The position numbers were made by a program, and so were the translations under genes. Below the pieces are notes generated by a model. It saw only the letters and a list, made by a program, of their open reading frames with translations. It was not told where the DNA came from and made no database searches. A stretch of 64,000 nucleotides of DNA from Candidatus Staskawiczbacteria bacterium (GTDB taxonomy: Bacteria; Patescibacteriota; Minisyncoccia; Minisyncoccales; Staskawiczbacteraceae): contig JAPLYZ010000006.1 in the NCBI GenBank assembly GCA_026395295.1, positions 21,836-85,835 on the forward strand. The letters are read 5' to 3'. Below are positions 8,624-18,713 of this stretch, in pieces. The number at the start of each line of letters is the position of its first letter. Position 1 is the stretch's first letter.

Positions 8624-9892
8624 ATGATACATAAACAAGCAGAAAAACCTTTATTAAATGAAACCGAAATGACTTTCGGCGGACTTGGCATTGCTCCAAA
8701 AATTCTTGATGTAATTTCAAAATTAGGATTTAGCGTCCCAACTTCCATACAACACAAGGCAATTACGCCTGCCATTGAAGGCAAAGATATTATTGGAATA
8801 GCTCAAACCGGCACAGGAAAAACTTTGGCATTTGGAATTCCCCTGATTCAGCAAATTTTGAAGGTTGGAGGACGAAAGGGTAAAGGCTTAATTATTTTGC
8901 CGACTCGCGAACTGGCCCTGCAGGTTGACGAAGTTATGCAAAAAATTGGCAGGTCATTTGGCATAAAAACAGTGGTTTTAATTGGAGGCGCTTCAATGTA
9001 TAACCAAGTGTGCTTAATAAGAAATAATCCTCATATTGTCATTGGAACCCCGGGAAGAATTATTGATCACATAGCTCAAAGAACCCTGAGTTTGAGCGAT
9101 GTCTCGGTGCTAATTTTAGACGAAGCCGACAGAATGTTTGACATGGGTTTTGCTCCACAAATAGCCAAAATACTTCAAGTTGTTCCAAAAGAAAGACAAA
9201 CAATGCTGTTTTCAGCAACCATGCCCGATGGCATTGTAAAAATTGCCAGCCATCATATGAAACTTCCGGTAAGGGTGGAAATAGCCAGGGCCGGAACCAC
9301 TGCTGAAAACATTGAGCACGAACTTTTTGTTGTTAAAAGGGACCAGAAATTTCCGTTGCTGAAAAAATTGCTTGAAGAGTACAAAGGAAGCGTGCTAATT
9401 TTTTTAAGAGTTAAGCATAACGCCAGAAAAATTTGCGATGGTTTGCGAGGCGTTGGAATTTCTTCAGCTGAAATACATTCAAACAGGTCTCTGGGCCAGA
9501 GAAAAGAAGCCTTAGAAGGCTTTAAGTTGGGCAGGTACAGGGTGCTTGTTGCAACTGACATTGCCTCGCGCGGGATAGATGTGAAGGGCATTGAGCTGGT
9601 TATCAATTATGACCTGCCGGAAAATCCTGAAGATTATGTTCACAGAATTGGAAGAACCGGCAGGGCCGGCATGACAGGCAAAGCAATTTCTTTTTGTTTG
9701 CCTGACCAAGGAGATAAAGTAAGGGAGATAGAAAGATTAACGCGGCTTTATTTGCCCATTGTAAAATTGCCGGACCTTTCGGCTCACATGGGTAAGCCCA
9801 TTAGCGCTTCAAATAGTTTTGAGAGAAATAATTATCCTCCGCGCAGGTCTAGGCAAACTAACCGTTTTAGTTATGCAAAAAAAAGATACTAA
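8624..9892 (+). CDS. rhlE: DEAD-box RNA helicase (RhlE-like)
   Basis: AQTGTGKT, PTRELA, DEAD, SAT, HRIGRTGR motifs; TTGACA/TATAAT promoter a few nt upstream of the ATG. Confidence 0.9.
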   Translation: MIHKQAEKPLLNETEMTFGGLGIAPKILDVISKLGFSVPTSIQHKAITPAIEGKDIIGIAQTGTGKTLAFGIPLIQQILKVGGRKGKGLIILPTRELALQVDEVMQKIGRSFGIKTVVLIGGASMYNQVCLIRNNPHIVIGTPGRIIDHIAQRTLSLSDVSVLILDEADRMFDMGFAPQIAKILQVVPKERQTMLFSATMPDGIVKIASHHMKLPVRVEIARAGTTAENIEHELFVVKRDQKFPLLKKLLEEYKGSVLIFLRVKHNARKICDGLRGVGISSAEIHSNRSLGQRKEALEGFKLGRYRVLVATDIASRGIDVKGIELVINYDLPENPEDYVHRIGRTGRAGMTGKAISFCLPDQGDKVREIERLTRLYLPIVKLPDLSAHMGKPISASNSFERNNYPPRRSRQTNRFSYAKKRY

Positions 9893-11150
9893 ATTAAAAA
9901 AAGAAATTAAATATGACGTTGCTGTTGTTGGAGGAGGCCCGGCTGGTATAATGGTGGCTGCCACAGCTGCAGAATTAGGGGCCAAAGTTGTGTTAATAGA
10001 AAAAAATAAACAGCTTGGCAACAAGCTTCTTTTGACCGGCAAGGGCAGGTGTAATTTAACTAACGCAGAGTTCAACCTGAGAGAGCTGGTGAAGAGCTAT
10101 AATAATGGTGAATTTTTATTTCACGCTTTTTCTGTTTTTGGTCCGAAAGAAACAATTGAATTTTTCGAAAAGCTGGGGGTAAAAACTAAGATTGAAAATG
10201 GCAAAAGAGTCTTCCCCGCAAGTAATGACGCAGAAGAAGTTTTAGAAGCGCTAAATAAATTTTTAGTTAAAAATAAGGTAGAAGTGCTTTTTAATTGCGA
10301 GGTCAAGGATGTTGTTAAAAAAGGGAATAGAATTGGAAAAATAATTTTAAACACGGGAGAGGTAACAGCTAAAAAATATATTTTTTGTAGTGGAGGAAAA
10401 TCTTATTCTTTGACCGGTTCTGATGGCTCGGGATATAAATTGGTTGAAAAATTAGGGCATACAATTATAAACCCAAAACCTGCTTTAACTCCCATAAAAC
10501 TGAAAGATAACTTAAAGGGCGGAGGCATTAAAAACTTGCAGGGTATAAATTTAGAAAATATAAGGTTAAGCGTTTTCCAAAACAATAAAAAGCAATTTTC
10601 AGAACCCGGAGAAATCTTGTTTACTCATTTTGGAATAAGCGGGCCGGCTGTTTTAAACATCAGCGGAAAAGTTGGCGACTTGCTGGAATTGGGAGAGGTA
10701 AAAATAATTGTTGATTTGTTTCCAGAGTTGAATCAAGAAGAAGTTTCTGAAAGTTTTGAAGAGATGTTAAAAAAATATCCGAAGAAGACTTCAAAAAATG
10801 TTTTATCGGAATTTTTGCAAGAGAGGCTGGCAGAATTTATATTGGGCATTTCCGGCATAGATAAAGATAAAACAGCTAACAACATGTCTAAGATTGAAAA
10901 AGCAATGTTGGTGAAAATTCTCAAAAATTTTGAATTGACGCCGGAAGCTGTTTTAGGTTTTGAAGGAGCCATGGTTACAAGAGGAGGCGTATCTTTAAAA
11001 GAAATAGATCACAAAACAATGCAGTCAAAGATAATAGATAATTTATTTTTTGCAGGAGAAATTATTGATGTCGACGGAAGAACAGGAGGATTTAATTTGC
11101 AATCCTGCTGGAGCACGGGTTATTTGGCCGGTAAAAGTGTTATAGATTAA
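9873..11150 (+). CDS. HI0933/BaiN-family flavoprotein
   Basis: GGGPAG, TGKGRCNLTN, GEILFTHFGISGP, GGFNLQ motifs; ATG at 9873. Confidence 0.9.
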   Translation: MQKKDTKLKKEIKYDVAVVGGGPAGIMVAATAAELGAKVVLIEKNKQLGNKLLLTGKGRCNLTNAEFNLRELVKSYNNGEFLFHAFSVFGPKETIEFFEKLGVKTKIENGKRVFPASNDAEEVLEALNKFLVKNKVEVLFNCEVKDVVKKGNRIGKIILNTGEVTAKKYIFCSGGKSYSLTGSDGSGYKLVEKLGHTIINPKPALTPIKLKDNLKGGGIKNLQGINLENIRLSVFQNNKKQFSEPGEILFTHFGISGPAVLNISGKVGDLLELGEVKIIVDLFPELNQEEVSESFEEMLKKYPKKTSKNVLSEFLQERLAEFILGISGIDKDKTANNMSKIEKAMLVKILKNFELTPEAVLGFEGAMVTRGGVSLKEIDHKTMQSKIIDNLFFAGEIIDVDGRTGGFNLQSCWSTGYLAGKSVID

Positions 11151-11293
11151 AAAATATTTGATACTGTCAAGCATACTTTTCCGAGGCATTCCTCGGCTTT
11201 TTAATTTGCTTTGAAGGTCTTTCATTTTGATAGTTTAGTTATCCACAGGTATGCATATTGACACCCGACTTTTTGGTCAGTTATAATGATTTA

Positions 11294-11929
11294 ATGACCA
11301 AGATTACAAAAAGACAGAAACAATTATTAGAGATTATTTATGATTATATTAGGGACACGGGTTATCCTCCGACATTTGAAGAAATGCGGGAAAGTTTAGG
11401 TGTGGTTTCAAACCAGTCCATTATTGACCTCTTGGCAAAATTAGAAAAGCAAAAATTGTTGAAAAGAAACGAGGCTTCTGCAAGGAGTTTAACCATTTTA
11501 CCTTTTGGTGACAAAATTTTGGAGCGACCGGCGTTAATCCCATTTTTGGGTGCCACAACAGCCGGTTCGCCTATGGAGGCAATGGAAATAGCGGGTGAAT
11601 GGAAGCAGATTTCTCCAGAAATTAAAGAATTAAAAAATAATGTTTTTATTTTGAAAGTTTTTGGTGATTCAATGATAAATGCCGGTATAGAAAATGAGGA
11701 TATAGTTTTAGTGAAAGAGCAGAAGGAATTTATTTCAGGTGACATAGTCTTAGCTCAGACAGAGGACGGCTCAACAATAAAAAGATTTATTTCAGACGAT
11801 AAACCGCCATATATTTATTTAAAACCGGAAAATCCAAAGTATAAAAATATTCCTTTTTCAGAAAACATGGAGTTAAAAGGCAAGATAATTTCAATATTAA
11901 AAAACGGATATTGGGGACCAGTAAAATAA
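11294..11929 (+). CDS. lexA: LexA-type repressor (wHTH + S24 peptidase)
   Basis: GYPPTFEE, TTAGSP cleavage site, GDSM serine, TIKR lysine; promoter TTGACA...TATAAT at 11258-11287. Confidence 0.85.
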   Translation: MTKITKRQKQLLEIIYDYIRDTGYPPTFEEMRESLGVVSNQSIIDLLAKLEKQKLLKRNEASARSLTILPFGDKILERPALIPFLGATTAGSPMEAMEIAGEWKQISPEIKELKNNVFILKVFGDSMINAGIENEDIVLVKEQKEFISGDIVLAQTEDGSTIKRFISDDKPPYIYLKPENPKYKNIPFSENMELKGKIISILKNGYWGPVK

Positions 11930-11945
11930 CTGGTATAATAAGTTT

Positions 11946-14372
11946 ATGAAAAAAATAAAAGATATAAACTTTGCTCTTGTTGAGGAAACTCGACCACCAA
12001 TTTATACCGCTATGAAATATTGGGGGAAAAAACCTCATAATATTTGGCGGGAGTATATTAAGAACTACACTCCTGAAGATGGTTTATATTTAGATCCGTT
12101 TGCTGGTAGCGCAATAAGTGCTTTTGAGGCGATAAAAGCTGGCAGAAAAGCTATCGCGTTTGATTTGAATCCATTAACCTCTTTTTTGATAGAGACTTTT
12201 TGTAGTGAGTTTAAAAGAGAAAAATTTTTAGACGAAGTAAACAAAATAGTTGATGAAGTCAAAAATGATAAAGTTTATCAGGAATATTTTTATACCACTT
12301 GCAGAAAATGTGGGAGCAATTCAGCTGTGGCACAAAGCTTTAAATGGGAAAACGGAGAACTCTATGAGGTCGGAATTGAGTGTTTAAAATGTCAAAAAAA
12401 TAAAAAATCTCGATATCTTGAAAAACCGACATCAGCAGAAATAGCTAAAGTAAAAGAATTAAATAAGATAAAGATAAACACATGGTATCCTGAGGATGAA
12501 TTCTATAATTCGCCGTCTTTTTCTGCAAATTTTATAGAATGTATTGGAGGCAATCATTTTTCTGATTTATGGACCAGAAGAAATTTATATGTAATTTCCA
12601 GAATTTTTAACAAAATACTTGAAGTTGATGATATTACTCTAAAAAATCAGCTTTTGTTAGGTTTTATTAAAACAATCCATTTATGTACAAAAATGAGTGT
12701 CCCAAGAAGAGAAAAAGCGAATAGGGCTTTTTCTACGAGCTGGGGAAGATCAGCGTATATTTGTGCGGCGAGACAAATGGAAATGAACCCTTTAATGGTT
12801 TTTTATGGAAGTTGTTTCGGAAAGCAATCAGTCGAAAGCTCGCTTATTGATATAAAAAAATATTTAGGGAAAATTCCAAAAATATTATATGTTGATAAAA
12901 GCAATAAAAGTAATAAATCAAAAAATTTCGATATAAAATATGGCATTATTGATATAAATACAATTACCGATTTTATTGAAGAGGATTCAATAGATTTTAT
13001 TATGACAGATCCTCCATATGGTGGCCTTGTCCAGTATTTGGATTTGAGCACAATATGGCTGATTTGGTTAAAGAAATTCGATCAGAGATTTACTCCAAAC
13101 TATGAAAGTGAGATAACTGTAAAAAATAATATCCAGGATATTAATACCTATAAGATAAAGTTTCAAAATGGTATTAAAAATCTTTTTAAAGTATTAAAAA
13201 ATGACGGAAAAATAGTCTTTACATTTCATAATAAGGACATTAAAATTTGGAATGCCTTTTTAAATGCGATTTCAATGTCTGGTTTTAAAATAGAGAAAGT
13301 TATTCATCAACAAAATAGACGAACGGGAGAATCAAATGTTGCAAATCCTTACGGGACATCAGCTACCGATTTTTATATCCGTTGTATAAAAAAACCGACT
13401 GCAAGTTTCAAAACGGACGAACAAGAGTTTGAGCATTATGTCGTTGAAAAAACCATAAATCTTATAGCCCAAAGAAACGAACCAACCCCATATCAGATAT
13501 TATTTAATGGTATTTTGGCTGAAATTTCATCTGCTGGATTTAATATTGAGAATTTTGATAAGAATATTGAGCAAATTTTGTCTGCTCATGTCGGAACTAT
13601 TTTTGCGCTCAAAGACAATAATAGTAAGGCAGGAAAATATTGGTGGTTTAAAAATCCAACAGAATATATTAAATATCCCGATAAAAAACTAACCGATAGA
13701 GTTGAGGAAACAATAGCCTCTCTTTTAAGGCGAAAAGTGTCCGTGACACTTGATGAAGTTTTGGGTGAAATATTTGTTAAATATCCAAATGGATTAACTC
13801 CTGATATTAAATCAATCGATCAAATATTGAAAAAATTTGCTAATAAATCAGGTGGCAAGTGGGTTTATAGGGGCGGCGAAACCGAAAAAGATTTTACGGA
13901 TCATACTGAAATGCTTTATTTTTTGTCAGAAATCGGGAGGAAAATGGGATACGAAATCTATATTGGCAAAAGAGAGCAACCAGAAAATTACAATGGAAAG
14001 AGCCTATCAGAATATGCCGATATTACAAAATTGGATAAGTTAAATTTTGATCAGGATAAAAAAGATAGAGTTGAAATGATAGACATGGTCTGGATAAATA
14101 ATGATAGTGCTGAATATGCTCTTGAGGTAGAAAACTCCACAGACTTTACATCTGGCATACAAAGAGCGTCCAATCTTGATATTTCAATAAAGAAAATCAT
14201 GGTCTTACCGAATAAGAGAAAAGCAGAATTTTTGAACATTAAAGATCCTCTGTTTACTGAGAGTTTTAAAAAATATAACTGGTGCTATCTTTTTTATGAT
14301 GACATAATAAAGTTAAAATCCCTTAGAAATATCGATAAAGAAAACATAAATACCTTTTTGAACCATTTTTAA
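11946..14372 (+). CDS. DNA methyltransferase with Zn-finger insert and C-terminal putative PD-(D/E)xK nuclease
   Basis: DPFAGS (motif I), CRKC...CLKC, TDPPY (motif IV); C-terminal IDMVWI...LEVENST. Confidence 0.75.
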   Translation: MKKIKDINFALVEETRPPIYTAMKYWGKKPHNIWREYIKNYTPEDGLYLDPFAGSAISAFEAIKAGRKAIAFDLNPLTSFLIETFCSEFKREKFLDEVNKIVDEVKNDKVYQEYFYTTCRKCGSNSAVAQSFKWENGELYEVGIECLKCQKNKKSRYLEKPTSAEIAKVKELNKIKINTWYPEDEFYNSPSFSANFIECIGGNHFSDLWTRRNLYVISRIFNKILEVDDITLKNQLLLGFIKTIHLCTKMSVPRREKANRAFSTSWGRSAYICAARQMEMNPLMVFYGSCFGKQSVESSLIDIKKYLGKIPKILYVDKSNKSNKSKNFDIKYGIIDINTITDFIEEDSIDFIMTDPPYGGLVQYLDLSTIWLIWLKKFDQRFTPNYESEITVKNNIQDINTYKIKFQNGIKNLFKVLKNDGKIVFTFHNKDIKIWNAFLNAISMSGFKIEKVIHQQNRRTGESNVANPYGTSATDFYIRCIKKPTASFKTDEQEFEHYVVEKTINLIAQRNEPTPYQILFNGILAEISSAGFNIENFDKNIEQILSAHVGTIFALKDNNSKAGKYWWFKNPTEYIKYPDKKLTDRVEETIASLLRRKVSVTLDEVLGEIFVKYPNGLTPDIKSIDQILKKFANKSGGKWVYRGGETEKDFTDHTEMLYFLSEIGRKMGYEIYIGKREQPENYNGKSLSEYADITKLDKLNFDQDKKDRVEMIDMVWINNDSAEYALEVENSTDFTSGIQRASNLDISIKKIMVLPNKRKAEFLNIKDPLFTESFKKYNWCYLFYDDIIKLKSLRNIDKENINTFLNHF

Positions 14373-14375
14373 TTT

Positions 14376-15197
14376 ATGAATGGAATATTTGATAGAAGAA
14401 ACAAATTAAACGACCTTACGGGTAAAGAATGGTTGAAATTAACCAAGAGTTTTTGGGTTAGCGAAAAATGTAAGGAAGACAAATTTGCCTTTCAGCATCC
14501 AGCCCCCTTTTTAATAAAAGATATTGAGAGATTGATATCAATGTTTACAAAAAAAGGAATGATAGTTCTTGACCCGTTTAATGGCGTTGGAACAACTTTA
14601 ATCGCGTGCAATAATCTAAAACGAAAAGGAGTCGGAATTGATTTGAGTAAAAAATATTGCAATTTGACAGAAAAAAGACTAAAGGAATTCAATATAAAAG
14701 ACGGACAAAAAATTATTTGCGGAGATTCATTAAAAGAAATTTCAAAAATAAAGGGTAGAATAGATTATTGCGTTACCTCGCCACCGTATCACAATATATT
14801 AAAAAATAACGGGCAAGGATTAAGAGCTGAAAAAGAAGGCAAACGAAATGGATCAAGAATTGGGGTTGAATATTACTCTGAAGACAAAAATGATTTAGGA
14901 AATCAAAAATCTTATGAAAATTTTTTGAATTTGTTCGGTGAAATAATGTTAGCTGTTCATAAAAAATTAAATGATAAAAAATATACAAGTATTATAATTA
15001 GTGATTTTACTGTAAATAAAAAAGAAACATGTGTCCAAAGCGATATTTTTAAAATTATGGAAAGTATCGGTTTTGAATTTTCAGGCACAACCATTTTATT
15101 GCAAGATAATAAGCCATTATATCCGTTTGGATATCCGTATGCTTATAAAATAAATCATCAACATCAAAACATTATAACTTTTAGGAAAAATAGTTAG
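14376..15197 (+). CDS. DNA methyltransferase (probably N4-cytosine)
   Basis: HPAPF, DPFNGVGTT, TSPPY. Confidence 0.85.
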   Translation: MNGIFDRRNKLNDLTGKEWLKLTKSFWVSEKCKEDKFAFQHPAPFLIKDIERLISMFTKKGMIVLDPFNGVGTTLIACNNLKRKGVGIDLSKKYCNLTEKRLKEFNIKDGQKIICGDSLKEISKIKGRIDYCVTSPPYHNILKNNGQGLRAEKEGKRNGSRIGVEYYSEDKNDLGNQKSYENFLNLFGEIMLAVHKKLNDKKYTSIIISDFTVNKKETCVQSDIFKIMESIGFEFSGTTILLQDNKPLYPFGYPYAYKINHQHQNIITFRKNS

Positions 15198-15209
15198 GAA
15201 ACAAAGAAT

Positions 15210-15560
15210 ATGGCAAAAGGAAAAAATAATGTGGAAAATTTAGATAAACTCAACAATAAGGAAACAAATGTGGTTCTGGAGATGCCAGAAGAGGTAGTTA
15301 TTAAATTGGTTCAAGAAAACCTAGTAAAAGATTACGAATTGCTGATATGGCTATTCAATGCATCTATTACCATCGCCGCATCCTTGTGGACTGCTTTTTA
15401 TACTTTAAATGTTGGGATCAGGTCTTCTCCATTTTTCAGCTCGGTGGCGTTTAGTATTTTTTCTATTGTTTTAATTTATTTAATTTGGAAGAATAGGAAA
15501 AAAGTATTTTCTATTTCTACCAGAAAAATTTTAAAAATTTCTGATTTTAATAAAAACTAA
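15210..15560 (+). CDS. Two-TM membrane protein
   Basis: Two hydrophobic helices; likely co-transcribed with the MTases. Confidence 0.6.
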   Translation: MAKGKNNVENLDKLNNKETNVVLEMPEEVVIKLVQENLVKDYELLIWLFNASITIAASLWTAFYTLNVGIRSSPFFSSVAFSIFSIVLIYLIWKNRKKVFSISTRKILKISDFNKN

Positions 15561-15661
15561 AAAATAATTTTATCAATTGTGTGAAAAGGTCGCCTTTCAG
15601 CGATTTTTTTATTGGTTCGGCCGGCTGGATGTTTGGCTAAAAATGTGTTAGAGTATTTATT

Positions 15662-17119
15662 ATGGCAAGTGATGAAACAATACTAAAATTTTCAAATGTT
15701 TCTTTTGAGTGGGCCACGTCTAAACCAATTTTAAATGAGGCCAGTTTTTCTGTGCGCAGAGGTTCAAAAATTACACTTATGGGGCAAAATGGAGCCGGCA
15801 AAAGTACAATTTTCCAATTGATAACCGGCGAGTCAAAGCCAGAATCTGGCGCGGTTAATATAAACGAAAATTTAACAGTTGCTACGGCAAAACAAGTAAT
15901 TCCTCGTGAAGATTTAGAACTGACTGTTAAAGATTTTTTTGGCAATTGTTTCACAGAAAAAGTGTATGACATTGATAAGAAAATTGACGACGTTTTAAAA
16001 ATAGTGAATCTTTCTGTCCCGCACGACCGGCTGGTTGGCAATCTTTCCGGAGGACAGCAGGCAAGGGTTCTTCTGGCCGGAGCTTTAATACAAAACCCAG
16101 ATTTGCTTTTGTTAGACGAGCCTACAAATAACTTAGACAAGGCGGGCATTGAACACCTGACAAATTTTATTGTTAATTACCCGAAAACCTGCATTGTTAT
16201 TTCTCACGACGCAGATTTTTTAAACACTTTCACGCAAGGCGTATTATATTTAGACATATTTTCCAAAAAAGTTGAGCAGTACACAGGCAATTATTTTGTT
16301 GTTGTTGAAGAAATTAAACTGAGGCTGGAAAGAGAGCGCATGAAAAACGCCAGATTAGAAAAAGATATTTCTCATAGGAAAGAGCAAGCCAATTTTTTTG
16401 CCCAGAAAGGCGGGCACTTAAGAGATGTTTCTTCAAAAATGAAAAAGAAAATTGAGGAACTTGAAGGCGAGGTTGTTGAGTTGAGAAGGGAAGATAAAAC
16501 AATAAAGAATTTTAACATTCCTTCACAAAAAGATATTGGAGGAGTTATTTTGCAACTGGACTCTGTGGCAGTTTCAGTGAACCACAAGTTCGTTAATAAA
16601 AAAGTTAATGTAACTTTAAACAAGCACGAAAGATTGCTGTTGTCGGGCCCCAATGGAATTGGCAAAACCACGCTTTTGGAAAAATTAGCTTCAGGCCACG
16701 CCAAAGGAGAGCATGTTAAAGCGGGGACCAAAATTGGATATTATAGGCAAGATTTTTCAACATTGGATTTTGACGCCACTGTTTATCAGGCTCTTTCAAA
16801 GGCAATGGAGGGCGATGGCACCGAGCAAGGTTTGAGGGCTCATGCAGCAGGATTTCTTTTGGATGCCGAAATATTAAAGGCTAAAATTGGGTCTTTGTCT
16901 GAAGGTCAAAAAGGGTTGGTTGCTTTTGCTGTGATATCTTTGGAAAAACCCGGTTTGCTTATTTTAGACGAGCCGACAAACCACATTAATTTCCGCCACA
17001 TTCCGATTATTGCCAAAGCAATTAATAATTTTGACGGGGCAATGATATTGGTGAGCCACGTTCATGATTTTGTAAGCAAAATAAAAGTGGATTTTACTTT
17101 AGACCTTGCCGCGCTTTAA
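15662..17119 (+). CDS. ABC-F family ATPase
   Basis: Two ABC domains (GQNGAGKS/LSGGQ/DEPTN; GPNGIGKT/LSEGQ/DEPTNH), no TM. Confidence 0.9.
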   Translation: MASDETILKFSNVSFEWATSKPILNEASFSVRRGSKITLMGQNGAGKSTIFQLITGESKPESGAVNINENLTVATAKQVIPREDLELTVKDFFGNCFTEKVYDIDKKIDDVLKIVNLSVPHDRLVGNLSGGQQARVLLAGALIQNPDLLLLDEPTNNLDKAGIEHLTNFIVNYPKTCIVISHDADFLNTFTQGVLYLDIFSKKVEQYTGNYFVVVEEIKLRLERERMKNARLEKDISHRKEQANFFAQKGGHLRDVSSKMKKKIEELEGEVVELRREDKTIKNFNIPSQKDIGGVILQLDSVAVSVNHKFVNKKVNVTLNKHERLLLSGPNGIGKTTLLEKLASGHAKGEHVKAGTKIGYYRQDFSTLDFDATVYQALSKAMEGDGTEQGLRAHAAGFLLDAEILKAKIGSLSEGQKGLVAFAVISLEKPGLLILDEPTNHINFRHIPIIAKAINNFDGAMILVSHVHDFVSKIKVDFTLDLAAL

Positions 17120-17123
17120 TGTC

Positions 17124-17172
17124 TAGACGTTTTTCTTTGTATTTGGTATGATTAACATCGGTTCTTTGACAA
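17124..17172 (+). promoter_or_regulatory. Sigma70 promoter plus boxA-like motif (unit C)
   Basis: TAGACG-17-TATGAT with extended TG; GTTCTTTGACAA at 17161. Confidence 0.6.
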
Positions 17173-17300
17173 TCTAACGGGGAAAGATCACAGCTTATAG
17201 AAAATTTATCAAGAGTAATAGTTTTTTGCAAGCCGTGATCTGTCCCTAAGCATCTGGACAGAAGTCTGGCAAAAAAATGAAAGAATAGAAAATAAATGTT

Positions 17301-17612
17301 ATGAATGGGCTTCGCGCAGCGACACACCACAGAGAGTGCTTTCTAAGCAAGCCATTGGCGGACGGCAAGTCGCCGATGGACGTGTGGGTTCCAATAAAAT
17401 CTGGCGCAGGAAAATTCTTGCGCAAGGAGGCGCACCACATTGAGCGCCAGGACATGAAGAGGAAGTTGACAAAGCTGGACATCAGCGATTCGGACGAAGA
17501 CTTGTCGTTCGCCGTGCCATTTGTTCCGTTCGACTGGATGTATTGGAAAGCCCGTCAGAGTGCTTCTGTCCACGCGACCGCTACCCACGTCTACTTTAAC
17601 CGGAGCCGGTAA
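17301..17612 (+). CDS. Hypothetical protein
   Basis: GC-richer 103-aa ORF between promoter and terminator (about 17633-17679). Confidence 0.5.
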   Translation: MNGLRAATHHRECFLSKPLADGKSPMDVWVPIKSGAGKFLRKEAHHIERQDMKRKLTKLDISDSDEDLSFAVPFVPFDWMYWKARQSASVHATATHVYFNRSR

Positions 17613-17730
17613 TTTGGTTTGCGGTACTTACAAAGGCTACTTATTCGCAGAAAGGCGAATAGGCAGCCTCTTTTTTTTTGTTTCGAAACATCATCTTGCT
17701 TCCTATTATGTTTTTTGGTACAATAGAAAT

Positions 17731-17946
17731 ATGAACTTTTGGAAATGGTTGCTATATTTAACTAATAATGAAAAAACGTCTCACCACGAACAGCTGTTTG
17801 ATGTGATTTTTTTGATCATAAATACAACTGCGCTTATTTTCGGAATTTTTTTGTTTATTGCTCACGACCAGCCGGAATGGGTGCCCATTTTGATAATTGA
17901 ATACACCTGGGCGTTTGATAATATGCGAAACAACAGGAATTACTAA
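17731..17946 (+). CDS. Small membrane protein
   Basis: ATG at 17731 after TGGTACAAT; hydrophobic core. Confidence 0.55.
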   Translation: MNFWKWLLYLTNNEKTSHHEQLFDVIFLIINTTALIFGIFLFIAHDQPEWVPILIIEYTWAFDNMRNNRNY

Positions 17947-18020
17947 CGTCGTCTCGTCAAATAAGTTTCTAGCCGTCTCGCCGTTGAGGCGGTTTTTATT
18001 TTGTGGTAAAATAAAAACAT

Positions 18021-18569
18021 ATGTATTACGATGTCAAAATTTTTGAGGCTATTAATGGTTTGGCTAATCAGTCAAAGGTAGTGGACGCTCTGGGTGTATT
18101 TTTAGCAAATTATCTGCCATATTTATTGGTTGCGTTCTTGTTATCTTTTCTGGTTTGGCCGAAAAAAGACAAAACAAAAAACAGGCCAATGGTTTTTCTT
18201 TCTATAATAGCGGCCTGTGTTGCGCGGTTTGTGGTCAAAAATATAATGCTAATTTTTTACAACCGGCCAAGACCATTTGTAAACTTATCTTCAGCCCACA
18301 AACTTATATATGTAGATCCCTCCGAAAATTTGCAGTCTTTTCCTTCTGGCCATGTTATTTTCTTTTTTGCTTTATCAACCGTAATATATTCTTATAATAA
18401 GAAACTTGGTATTTTTTTCTTTGTTTGTTCTGCTATTGTGGGCATATCCAGAATATTTGTTGGAGTCCACTGGCCGAGTGATATTTTAACCGGGATTATT
18501 TTGGGAGTAGCAGTCGGCGTTGCCGTCAAATGGCTTTATGTAAAAGTAACCAGTCGAAAAGTTCAATAG
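18021..18569 (+). CDS. PAP2 family phosphatase (BcrC-like undecaprenyl-diphosphatase)
   Basis: K..YNRPRPF, SFPSGH, SRIFVGVHWPSD. Confidence 0.9.
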   Translation: MYYDVKIFEAINGLANQSKVVDALGVFLANYLPYLLVAFLLSFLVWPKKDKTKNRPMVFLSIIAACVARFVVKNIMLIFYNRPRPFVNLSSAHKLIYVDPSENLQSFPSGHVIFFFALSTVIYSYNKKLGIFFFVCSAIVGISRIFVGVHWPSDILTGIILGVAVGVAVKWLYVKVTSRKVQ

Positions 18570-18713
18570 CGCGTCTAATGGAATATACTGCTTGCACCAA
18601 GCGCGCCGAGCATAGCGTATTCCTTTATGTATTAAGCAATTAAAGAAAATTTCGGAAGCGGGGAGTGGCAAAGTCAGACTGAACTGCCCCTGCAACCGAA
18701 ATTTTCACACACT

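Noticed and set aside
11239..11247. DnaA box TTATCCACA (another at 28793-28801) as oriC
   Set aside because: Isolated single boxes; no cluster and no dnaA/dnaN
18654..18698. Cobalamin riboswitch (AACTGCCCCTGCAAC resembles part of the B12 element)
   Set aside because: Too short, other conserved helices are absent, and the downstream gene is unrelated; kept only as a generic structured leader
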